Positions 16,255 through 23,342 of a DNA stretch of 25,858 nt are shown one piece after another. The stretch is from a virus (lineage: Duplodnaviria > Caudoviricetes). A model generated the notes under the pieces. It searched no databases. It worked only from the letters and a program-made list of their open reading frames with translations, and was not told where the DNA came from. A program made the position numbers and the translations under genes. Position 1 is the stretch's first letter. The number at the start of each line of letters is the position of its first letter. The DNA is taken from positions 1-25,858 of the IMG/VR virus record IMGVR_UViG_3300040816_000814. One strand, 5' to 3'.

Positions 16255-16830
16255 CTAAGTTTTTATAATATAAATTATTGCTAAATAAGGTTGTAAAACT
16301 GAAGTTGAGTCACCTGAAAAAGTTGCACTCATATTATGAGAGTGACCTGAACCTGAACCTGCAGCACCAGTGCTTGGTTGATTACCACCAAATGCATTAT
16401 AGTAAGGGTTATTGTCAAAAAGCGCACCTACTTTTTGAGGTGAAAATCCTCCGCTATGACTGTGAGAAGCAAGTTGTGCAGTTGATAAAGTGGCATTAGC
16501 TGTTGAACCACCTACGTTTCCTGTTGCAGCTACTGTATTTGCTCCACCAGTTGATGCTAAAGCTTTACTTCCTGATTTTCCAACGGGTACGTTATCTGCT
16601 AAATCAGGTACATTGAAAGTTGTTGCACCATCACCTACACCGTAAGTCGTACCTACGATTCCAAATAGAGTTGCATAAGTTGTTCTTGAAACTGCTGAAC
16701 CATCACATTCTAAAAATCCAGATGGAACTGATGCTGAAGACCACGGCACAATAGTTGCTGTAGGAATACCTTCTATACCTGTAAGGTTTGCTCCATCAAA
16801 ATCATATTTAGTTGCTTCGTAATTTGCCAT
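16255..16830 (-). CDS. Tail collar domain / short fibre tip protein
   Basis: Clear collar motif 'IPTATIVPWSSASVPSGFLECDGSAVSRTTYATLFGIVGTTYGVGDGATTFNVPDL', then 'QLASHSH', 'GHSH' and C-terminal 'LQPYLAIIYIIKT'. Confidence 0.9.
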   Translation of the reverse strand: MANYEATKYDFDGANLTGIEGIPTATIVPWSSASVPSGFLECDGSAVSRTTYATLFGIVGTTYGVGDGATTFNVPDLADNVPVGKSGSKALASTGGANTVAATGNVGGSTANATLSTAQLASHSHSGGFSPQKVGALFDNNPYYNAFGGNQPSTGAAGSGSGHSHNMSATFSGDSTSVLQPYLAIIYIIKT

Positions 16831-16831
16831 A

Positions 16832-17533
16832 TTATTTCTCCGTGTAAGTCCATCCTGTTGTAGCGTCTCCAGAATATACTAATCCAAAAGCTGCACCTTG
16901 AGTATTAACTACAAGATCCGCCGCTGAGTTAGCTATATTAGAACCATTTCTACCAACAGTCAATGCGTTAGTGTTAAAATCATAACCTTGATCTACAAAA
17001 TTTACCGTATCTCCTGTAGCAGGTGATGCGGGTAGCGTTATTGTAACTGCTCCACCATTTGTATTTGCTAAAATTTGTGCTCCAGCTTGAATTGTTTCAG
17101 CTGAAGATATTGCTCTCCATTTTCTAAGTTCACCTGCTTTTACAACATTAGTTCCATCAGAATATAATGTGTAAGAGTGACCTTCACATAAAAGAACACC
17201 TGTTCCAGATGTAGTTTTAAAAGTTAAAGTATAACCTGCGTGATCAGTTCCATCTTCAACTATATATGTTTTTTCAACTGAATCTGGAATAGTAACATTT
17301 AAATTACCTTCAAGAGTTCCAGTTAATTTAATAACTTCATTCTTACCATTTGATAAAGCGCCATTTGTGAAAGTTAAAGCTCTACTAGCATTAGTTACGT
17401 TTAATGCATCATAACCACCAATTGCTTGTTCAAGAATTAGTAAGTTAGTATTTGTAATTTGTCCCCAAGTTCCTGAATTTTCTCCAGTCGCTTGAACAGT
17501 TAATTTTAAATTAGCTGATGTTGAATTTGCCAT
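16832..17533 (-). CDS. Tail fibre proximal/connector protein
   Basis: N-terminal 'LKLTVQATGENSGTWGQITNTNL' and the fibre module 'GGAVTITLPASPATGDTVNFVD...LTVGRNGSNI...LVYSG..TGW'. Confidence 0.7.
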   Translation of the reverse strand: MANSTSANLKLTVQATGENSGTWGQITNTNLLILEQAIGGYDALNVTNASRALTFTNGALSNGKNEVIKLTGTLEGNLNVTIPDSVEKTYIVEDGTDHAGYTLTFKTTSGTGVLLCEGHSYTLYSDGTNVVKAGELRKWRAISSAETIQAGAQILANTNGGAVTITLPASPATGDTVNFVDQGYDFNTNALTVGRNGSNIANSAADLVVNTQGAAFGLVYSGDATTGWTYTEK

Positions 17534-17556
17534 ATTTTAAATTCCTTATTTGTTTT

Positions 17557-17585
17557 AATTTACTAAAAATCTGAGCTTATGTCAA
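17557..17585 (-). promoter_or_regulatory. Sigma70-like promoter upstream of the distal fibre genes
   Basis: On the - strand, TTGACA (17585-17580) - 17 nt - TAAATT (17562-17557) in the intergenic gap, followed by an AAGGA RBS and the ATG at 17533. Confidence 0.7.
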
Positions 17586-17590
17586 TCTCA

Positions 17591-19171
17591 TTATGCAGCA
17601 ACTTCTACCCATCCTGGAGGATCTACTGGGGCTGTTCCAGTATCTACTTGATTCCAGATTAAAGTTTTATTAGTTCCTAAAGCCGTTGTCAAGCCAAAAC
17701 CTGTTAAAGTTACATTAGCAAATCCAGTGGCTGTAATACTACCTAAGTCAGCTGACATAGATATTCCAGTTACATCCGCTAAAGTTACTGCATCTAAGGT
17801 ACCTACTCCAAGAGTAGTTCCAAAACCTTCTCCAATAACTGTTACATTAGCGTCTGCAATAACTACTGTACCAACTGCTAGATCAGCTTCAAAACCAATA
17901 CCTGTCACTTCTGCATCTGGAGCCGGATCCACGATTCCTTCTTCAGCTGTCATTGCTTCACCGGTTACATCTGTATTTGCTGTTCCTGTAATGCTGTACG
18001 CATTTTGTGTTTCATTAAATATTTGTGTTGAACCGTTTGCACCATCAAAATGAAGTAAAGAAATAGTATTTCCATCTACCGTAAATGGTGAAGTAGGAGG
18101 TGTAAAGAGACCTGTATATCTTGCAATATCAGAAGATCTAAACTCATCTATATAACCATTAAAGAATTGAGTTTCAGCTTCGTTTGCTCCTATCTTATAA
18201 GATTGGCCTGGATAACTATCTCCACCTGTAGAGTACTGAAGTTTAGGAGTTCCATTAATGTATAAAGTTAAAAGAGTTAAATTTTGTACTAATGCAAAGT
18301 GATTCCATTGATTATTATTTAAACTAGGAGTACCTGTTTGTTGAAGAATTGTACCATCTTGAATTAATCTTAGCTGTCCAGCTGATGTAATTGAAAATGC
18401 AAAACCTTGATTTGAAGATTGATTGTCCCATAGATATGCATCTTGTGCAAAGTTAGAAGCATATGCAAAAAACTCAATTGTAAAATTATTTTGAACAACG
18501 TCTGTAGCTGTCGATTGTACAAAATCTCCTGTTCCATCTAACAATAAAGATGAAGGGCCAAATTTAGCTTGAGCTGTAGATAATTGAGCATCAGCTTCAG
18601 CTGTAAATGAAGGAATGCCTTCAGGATTTGTTGCAGCTGACATTTCAATGCCAGTTACATCTACATTTGCCCATTCACCAGTAGCACCCCAAACAAATTG
18701 ACCATAGAAGTATCGTCCCCAACCTTCTAAGTTGTATGCTTCGACACTGCCTACAGAACCGGTTGCACCGATTCCTTCTAGCATTGCATCAGGACCAGCA
18801 TCAGCTGTTCCTAAGTTTGCAGACATGTTTGGTAATGGATTATTTTCTAAAAATACTTCTGTTGCAATTTCTATAGACTCATCACCTTGTGATGCCGTCA
18901 TTTCAATTCCGGTTGGAATTGGATTTACGTCTATGGATACGGATTCATCGCCTAATGAAACAGAACCAGATACACCGGAAACTAAAACGTCTCCTGCAAT
19001 ACCCCAAGCGTTTTCACTCCAAGCTAATCTTGACCAACCAAATTCAACTGTTGCTGTTGTATCAACTGTTCCTAAGTTAGAAGACGCACCTATGCCGTTA
19101 ACAGAAACCGTAGAATCATTTTGTAATCCCCAGTCTCCTGTGTTCCAAGTAAGTGTACCCCAAGTTGCCAT
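17591..19171 (-). CDS. Virion fibre/spike protein with inserted LamG/concanavalin-A-like domain
   Basis: Acidic V/T/G-rich 'VTGIEM..S.G' repeats flank a LamG-type block ('AQLSTAQAKFGPSSLLLDGTGDF', 'NFTIEFF', 'QWNHFALV', 'LYING', 'FNGYIDEFR'). Confidence 0.75.
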   Translation of the reverse strand: MATWGTLTWNTGDWGLQNDSTVSVNGIGASSNLGTVDTTATVEFGWSRLAWSENAWGIAGDVLVSGVSGSVSLGDESVSIDVNPIPTGIEMTASQGDESIEIATEVFLENNPLPNMSANLGTADAGPDAMLEGIGATGSVGSVEAYNLEGWGRYFYGQFVWGATGEWANVDVTGIEMSAATNPEGIPSFTAEADAQLSTAQAKFGPSSLLLDGTGDFVQSTATDVVQNNFTIEFFAYASNFAQDAYLWDNQSSNQGFAFSITSAGQLRLIQDGTILQQTGTPSLNNNQWNHFALVQNLTLLTLYINGTPKLQYSTGGDSYPGQSYKIGANEAETQFFNGYIDEFRSSDIARYTGLFTPPTSPFTVDGNTISLLHFDGANGSTQIFNETQNAYSITGTANTDVTGEAMTAEEGIVDPAPDAEVTGIGFEADLAVGTVVIADANVTVIGEGFGTTLGVGTLDAVTLADVTGISMSADLGSITATGFANVTLTGFGLTTALGTNKTLIWNQVDTGTAPVDPPGWVEVAA

Positions 19172-19190
19172 AGGAAATTATCTCCTATGA

Positions 19191-19631
19191 TTAACCTGAT
19201 ATTCTAAGAATCGCTGCTGAAGTTGTAAAAGCTGGAAACTGAATTGTGAAAGTTCCTGATGTCGCTGTTTTATCTGCTCCAAAATCTAAAGCTGCAACAG
19301 CTGCATTAGTAGCAGTTGCTGAAGTGTTATAGATTAAAGCTCCTCTAGCAGTCAAAGTTACACCAGTGAATGATCTGTCAGCATAGTCAACAATTGCAAC
19401 ACCTGATGCAATAGAAGTTCCTAAATTAGATAGTGCTCCACCGCCTGATGTGTATTGTCCACTGTTAGCAACTTCATTAGTTGTAGTGAATGAAGTAGTT
19501 GCTGAGTTTAGAGTTGCTGAAGAAGTATAAAGAGCGATTTTAAACTTGTCACCACCAGTTTGCTTAAAGTTGTGTTCAGCTTCTAATAATTCTTTTTTAA
19601 AAGAATTAGCAAGTGCTTGTGTTATAGCCAT
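19191..19631 (-). CDS. Virion structural protein
   Basis: 146 aa, A/T/S-rich, with 'SFKKELLEAEHNF', 'FKIALYTSSATL', 'TARGALIYN' and 'LDFGADKTATSGTFTIQFP'. AAGGAG RBS. Confidence 0.7.
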   Translation of the reverse strand: MAITQALANSFKKELLEAEHNFKQTGGDKFKIALYTSSATLNSATTSFTTTNEVANSGQYTSGGGALSNLGTSIASGVAIVDYADRSFTGVTLTARGALIYNTSATATNAAVAALDFGADKTATSGTFTIQFPAFTTSAAILRISG

Positions 19632-19649
19632 AGTTTTATCTCCTTATTA

Positions 19650-20303
19650 TTATTTTCCGCCGATTCGAGGAACACCTGATTGATATTCATCTCTTCGTCT
19701 TCTTCCCATTTGTTCAACTGAGAAGCCTTCTAACACTTGTTTATACTTTCCTTCGTATAATTGCAAGAGATCATTTGGCCCCTTTAAAAATGAAAATGCT
19801 TCTACCAAGCATGCATATAATAGTCCGTTGGGAAAATTCTTACTAATATATGTAGTCGTATTTGTAGCAGATAACCCAGGGTCTTTCAATATATAATTTA
19901 ACTGAATTTCATAAGTAGCGTCTGGAGTAGGAGCCACTACAATAGTATTCTCGTTCCACATACTGTAGTATTTTGGAACTCCTGTAGCACCTGTTGAATT
20001 ATACTCTGACATATAACTTGTATCTCTATACTCTAAAAATTCTCTATTATCTGGAGAACCTACACCGTCAGAATCTACTATTTGAGCTGATCTAACGACT
20101 AATAAATTATCTGGAACATCAATAAATCTACTTGAAGCAGCTAAATTAGCTGTTGCATATCTTCTATTATTATCAGAATCTACATCTCTAAGAAGTCTAA
20201 ATTCAGCGTCTGATATAAATCCATTAACAATAGTAGATGTTAAAACATTACTATCTACTTCTGTGTAATCTCTAATTTTTTGTACTAATTCTGCGTATGT
20301 CAT
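19650..20303 (-). CDS. Head-tail adaptor / tail tubular protein A-like
   Basis: 'MTYAELVQKIRDYTE', 'GVPKYY...IVVAPTPDATYEIQLNY' and 'LLYACLVEAFSFLK', a podovirus adaptor-type pattern. Confidence 0.65.
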   Translation of the reverse strand: MTYAELVQKIRDYTEVDSNVLTSTIVNGFISDAEFRLLRDVDSDNNRRYATANLAASSRFIDVPDNLLVVRSAQIVDSDGVGSPDNREFLEYRDTSYMSEYNSTGATGVPKYYSMWNENTIVVAPTPDATYEIQLNYILKDPGLSATNTTTYISKNFPNGLLYACLVEAFSFLKGPNDLLQLYEGKYKQVLEGFSVEQMGRRRRDEYQSGVPRIGGK

Positions 20304-20797
20304 TATGGTGTTAATGTTACTGGACCAGCGGTCGCAGTCATTCCTCCTGAGTCTCCTGTTAGCGTTGCATTACTTCCGCAGTTAAAACTATAACTATTTG
20401 TATTAATAACTGTTATACTAAATCCTGAAGCATTTTCAAACAAAGAAAAATTTAATCCACCTGGACTTCCATCTACATTTCTAAATACAACAATATCACC
20501 TGTAGATCTTTGATGATTAGGTTCTGTAACTATTACGATACTTGACCCTGAAGTAAAATTAAATGGATTACTAGGTAATAAACTTTCTGTTTCAGGTTCA
20601 ACTCTAGCAGGTCTTGCAAATTGTAAACCTTGTGGATCAGCAACTGTTGGTTTAGGTTCTAATTGTGGTTGCTTAGGTTCAAATTCTGAAACATGTACCC
20701 TTGAACCATTCCATTCAACAACCATTTCTTTATATGGAAAAGCCATACCTGATCGGTCTGAAATAAATTGTGCGTATTTTCCGTTTGATCTAGACAT
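20303..20797 (-). CDS. Neck-region hypothetical protein with C-terminal small beta domain
   Basis: N-terminal 'GKYAQFISDRSG...EFEPKQPQL'. The C-terminal 'TSGSSIVIVTEPNHQRSTGDIVVFRNV' resembles the insert in the nozzle protein. Confidence 0.6.
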   Translation of the reverse strand: MSRSNGKYAQFISDRSGMAFPYKEMVVEWNGSRVHVSEFEPKQPQLEPKPTVADPQGLQFARPARVEPETESLLPSNPFNFTSGSSIVIVTEPNHQRSTGDIVVFRNVDGSPGGLNFSLFENASGFSITVINTNSYSFNCGSNATLTGDSGGMTATAGPVTLTP

Positions 20798-21512
20798 TTG
20801 GATAATAAGTTTTTGGAGTTATAAATGTACTAGATGAAGAACCATCTTCTTCAAGAGCTCTTTGTAATTCATCTTCATATAATAACTTCATTTGTTGAGT
20901 TAATTCTGGTTTAAATTTTTGTGATAAATAATATGAAAGTCCTGATACCATACAAGGTACAAATCTATAAGGTACATCTGCATTATTTGTATAGTTCCCG
21001 GCATCCTGAATCCGGCTAACATAATAGTAATTTAAAAAGTTTCCGGCTTCAGTGGATCCTGGAGTTAAATATAAAGTGATAGTTACTTTATCAATAAATC
21101 TTTGTACAAAATATTGTGTTGGAGTTCCTTCTTGTGTTTTAGAAGATAAACCTTGATAAGTTGATCTATTAATTTTTGTTAAAGAAAAATCAACTCCAGA
21201 AGAATTTCTATAAACGGCTTCTAAAATATCATCTACACCATACACTGCTGTTGCATCTGATGTACCATCAGTTGCTGATCTATACATTGTATATTCTGCT
21301 TGACCATCAACTAATGTAATTGAATTATTTTTTACTTCCCAAAAATGCAAACCTCTATTGCCCCATTCTTGAAACATTATATTCAAAGAACGTCTAGCTG
21401 TTTTTATATCATTACCTGAATAATCAAATCTGCCTATTCTTTCATAAGCTTCAGTGATTACATCATCAATATAAAAACCTGATTCAAAGGTTGTAGTTCC
21501 TGAAGTTGCCAT
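20790..21512 (-). CDS. Head-tail adaptor (P22 gp4-like)
   Basis: 'DDVITEAYERIG', 'ARRSLNIMFQEWGNRG', 'GTPTQYFV...LYLTP' and 'PCMVSGLSYYLS'. Located downstream of the head genes. Confidence 0.65.
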   Translation of the reverse strand: MATSGTTTFESGFYIDDVITEAYERIGRFDYSGNDIKTARRSLNIMFQEWGNRGLHFWEVKNNSITLVDGQAEYTMYRSATDGTSDATAVYGVDDILEAVYRNSSGVDFSLTKINRSTYQGLSSKTQEGTPTQYFVQRFIDKVTITLYLTPGSTEAGNFLNYYYVSRIQDAGNYTNNADVPYRFVPCMVSGLSYYLSQKFKPELTQQMKLLYEDELQRALEEDGSSSSTFITPKTYYPNV

Positions 21513-21805
21513 TAAGCTCCTGTAATTGTTACTGTAACGCTTCCGCCTGTTCCTGCTAAATTATAAACAATACCATTTTCAAACTTAATACCTGAACCTG
21601 GAACATAAACTTCTAATCCTTCAGTTCCATATTTATAAGTAGCTACTGCTGTTCCCGGTGCTGAAGCATCTGCTGAATCATAAAAAATAATTGTAGATGC
21701 TGCTACACCCAATCCTTGAATTGAAGTAATTCTAGCTCTACCAGCTCTAGCCAAAGTATTAGCTCCTACTGTTGTCATGTTTAATGTCTTCTGATCTGAA
21801 TCCAT
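21512..21805 (-). CDS. Small virion protein, paralogue of 21815..22093
   Basis: 'AGRARITSI' and 'YVPGSGIKFENGI'. AAGGAG RBS and TAATG coupling to the next gene. Confidence 0.7.
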   Translation of the reverse strand: MDSDQKTLNMTTVGANTLARAGRARITSIQGLGVAASTIIFYDSADASAPGTAVATYKYGTEGLEVYVPGSGIKFENGIVYNLAGTGGSVTVTITGA

Positions 21806-21814
21806 TTTATCTCC

Positions 21815-22093
21815 TTACTTATCTATTAATACAGTTGCTTTAGCACTTGTAATTGTACTGCAAGTCATTCCACTTTTAAATAAAATTCCATCTTCAGGCA
21901 TGTTAAATGAAAAAACATCTCCTGGAGGAACATCTGCTGTGAATTGAGTTCCGTCAATATCTTGTAAAGTTACAGATCCAATTGCTGTTGTACTATTTGC
22001 TGATAGAATAATTCCTCTTAATCTAGTTCTACCTGCAAATACTTGAGCTGCTGCTGTAATCTGTACTGCTTTTACGTCACCTTTAGCTGCCAT
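21815..22093 (-). CDS. Small virion protein (92 aa; start revised to MAAKGDVKA)
   Basis: AAGGA RBS precedes the ATG at 22093, and the ORF-track start lies inside the hairpin. Contains 'FAGRTRLRGI' and 'MPEDGILFKSG'. Confidence 0.7.
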   Translation of the reverse strand: MAAKGDVKAVQITAAAQVFAGRTRLRGIILSANSTTAIGSVTLQDIDGTQFTADVPPGDVFSFNMPEDGILFKSGMTCSTITSAKATVLIDK

Positions 22094-22113
22094 AGTTTTT
22101 TTCCTTAAAATTG

Positions 22114-22133
22114 TGTGGGCCCGAAGGCCCACA
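22114..22133 (-). terminator. GC-rich UUCG hairpin, probable leaky intrinsic terminator
   Basis: On the - strand, TGTGGGCC-TTCG-GGCCCACA followed by CAATTTT, just after the stop at 22145. It is a C(UUCG)G tetraloop with an imperfect U-tract. Confidence 0.75.
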
Positions 22134-22144
22134 TTAATTATTTA

Positions 22145-22699
22145 TTATGCTCCAAATGCAAAAGCACCTGTAGTAGCATCAGCCGCACCGCTCATTTCTG
22201 AAGCGATTGTCCACACGCCATCTTCAAAACACATAAAAGCAATTTTACTTCCTGTTGTAAAAAGATTAGTAGCTGCGTTAGCTGGAGTGAAAACTAAAGA
22301 TGTTTCACCTGCTGCTGAAGTATCAAAAGTTACTTCTGCTGCTGCTCTTGATTCGATTAAAGAACCAGTTGCCCAAACGTCAGTACCTGCTGCATTAAAA
22401 GTTAAAGTTAAAACTCCACCTGCAGTGTCTTTAGATTGAACGTAAACTGCAATTGCACCTTTAGTTGCTGCTGGTAGTGCTACAGCACATGCTGCTGCAC
22501 CTGTGTAGTTTACAGCTGCAATAATTCCATCAGCGATAGAAATATTTGCACCTGTTGCTGTGTCTGCAAAAAGCAAACCTGTTAAGTCAGGCATACCTGA
22601 ACTCATTCTTGTTGTTACAGCACCAGTAACAGAGTTTTTAGTAGCCATTTGAAAGCCACCTTCTGATCTGACCGGTCCTGAAAATGTAGTACTTGCCAT
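22145..22699 (-). CDS. Ala/Thr/Gly-rich capsid decoration or head-fibre protein
   Basis: 'MASTTFSGPVRSEGGF' N-terminus and 'VALPAATKG' fibre-like module. AGGAGG RBS, with its own promoter and terminator. Function is inferred. Confidence 0.55.
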   Translation of the reverse strand: MASTTFSGPVRSEGGFQMATKNSVTGAVTTRMSSGMPDLTGLLFADTATGANISIADGIIAAVNYTGAAACAVALPAATKGAIAVYVQSKDTAGGVLTLTFNAAGTDVWATGSLIESRAAAEVTFDTSAAGETSLVFTPANAATNLFTTGSKIAFMCFEDGVWTIASEMSGAADATTGAFAFGA

Positions 22700-22765
22700 A
22701 ATTATATCCTCCTAGTTATTGAACATAGTCTCTAGGCCGTCGACTATACGCGTCTATGTTCTAAT
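22700..22765 (-). promoter_or_regulatory. Structured 5' leader (candidate cis-regulatory RNA)
   Basis: GAACATAG/CTATGTTC stem (22761-22754 with 22728-22721) enclosing a GC-rich 25-nt loop, directly before the AGGAGG RBS. Confidence 0.5.
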
Positions 22766-22785
22766 TAATTTATATAGTGATTAAA

Positions 22786-22814
22786 TTTATATACTAGATT
22801 TTAATAGAGTGCAA
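22786..22814 (-). promoter_or_regulatory. Sigma70-like promoter upstream of the structured leader
   Basis: On the - strand, TTGCAC - 17 nt - TATAAA in the 160-nt intergenic gap. Confidence 0.45.
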
Positions 22815-22859
22815 GAGATCCCTAGGAATGATTAACTTTTCAGCGATGTAAAGTCCTAA

Positions 22860-23072
22860 TTAACCAGCGTAAAGATGGATTTCACCATCTCTAGAATTAC
22901 TGTGGACTTCCTCTTCTTGTCGTCTGATGATTGATCTAATAACTACTTTGATCTCATCACCAAGAACAGACATTTCAGGTGTTATTTGTCCTCTGTTTTC
23001 AAGAAACAACTCGTTCCATCTAGACTCGAGTTTCAGTTTCTTTGCGAACAGTACCATGTTGTCCTGAGCCAT
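22860..23072 (-). CDS. Small hypothetical protein (70 aa; start revised to MAQDNMV)
   Basis: A strong GAGGAGG RBS (23085-23079) precedes the ATG at 23072. Helical, charged sequence. Confidence 0.65.
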   Translation of the reverse strand: MAQDNMVLFAKKLKLESRWNELFLENRGQITPEMSVLGDEIKVVIRSIIRRQEEEVHSNSRDGEIHLYAG

Positions 23073-23283
23073 TTGTAACCTCCTCATAGGTTATATAAAA
23101 ATCACTTCCAGCACCTTGGTACTGTAGATCATTTTTTTCCCATTTTATATCAGATTTTCCTAAAAAGTCAATAATGGGTTTATTTAGCTCGTCCGCATTA
23201 TTTATCTCTTTTTCACTTTCAATTTCAAAACTAGTTTGAAGGTATTTTGTAAATATTTTTATTAAGTATTTATATTGAGTCAT
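23020..23283 (-). CDS. Small hypothetical protein (87 aa)
   Basis: Starts just after the capsid terminator and overlaps the next ORF by 53 nt. No recognisable motif. Confidence 0.6.
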   Translation of the reverse strand: MTQYKYLIKIFTKYLQTSFEIESEKEINNADELNKPIIDFLGKSDIKWEKNDLQYQGAGSDFYITYEEVTNGSGQHGTVRKETETRV

Positions 23284-23304
23284 TTTTTCTTTCTATATTT
23301 TAAA

Positions 23305-23329
23305 TGAGGCGGGATTGTGTCCCGCCTCA
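23305..23329 (-). terminator. Intrinsic terminator after the major capsid gene
   Basis: On the - strand, TGAGGCGGGA-CACAA-TCCCGCCTCA followed by TTT: a perfect 10-bp stem 13 nt after the MCP stop. Confidence 0.8.
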
Positions 23330-23342
23330 AACTTATTAAGTA

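Noticed and set aside
16044-16499. + strand ORFs 16044..16268 and 16278..16499 as extensions of the oxygenase cassette
   Set aside because: Both are antisense to well-supported fibre genes and have no RBS or motifs.
16255-19171. Diversity-generating retroelement acting on the fibre genes
   Set aside because: No reverse transcriptase and no TR/VR repeat pair differing at adenines was seen in the window.
17727-19190. + strand ORFs 17727..18053, 18732..19190 and 18889..19080
   Set aside because: Mirror frames of the G/T/A/V-rich fibre gene, whose codon bias leaves few antisense stops.
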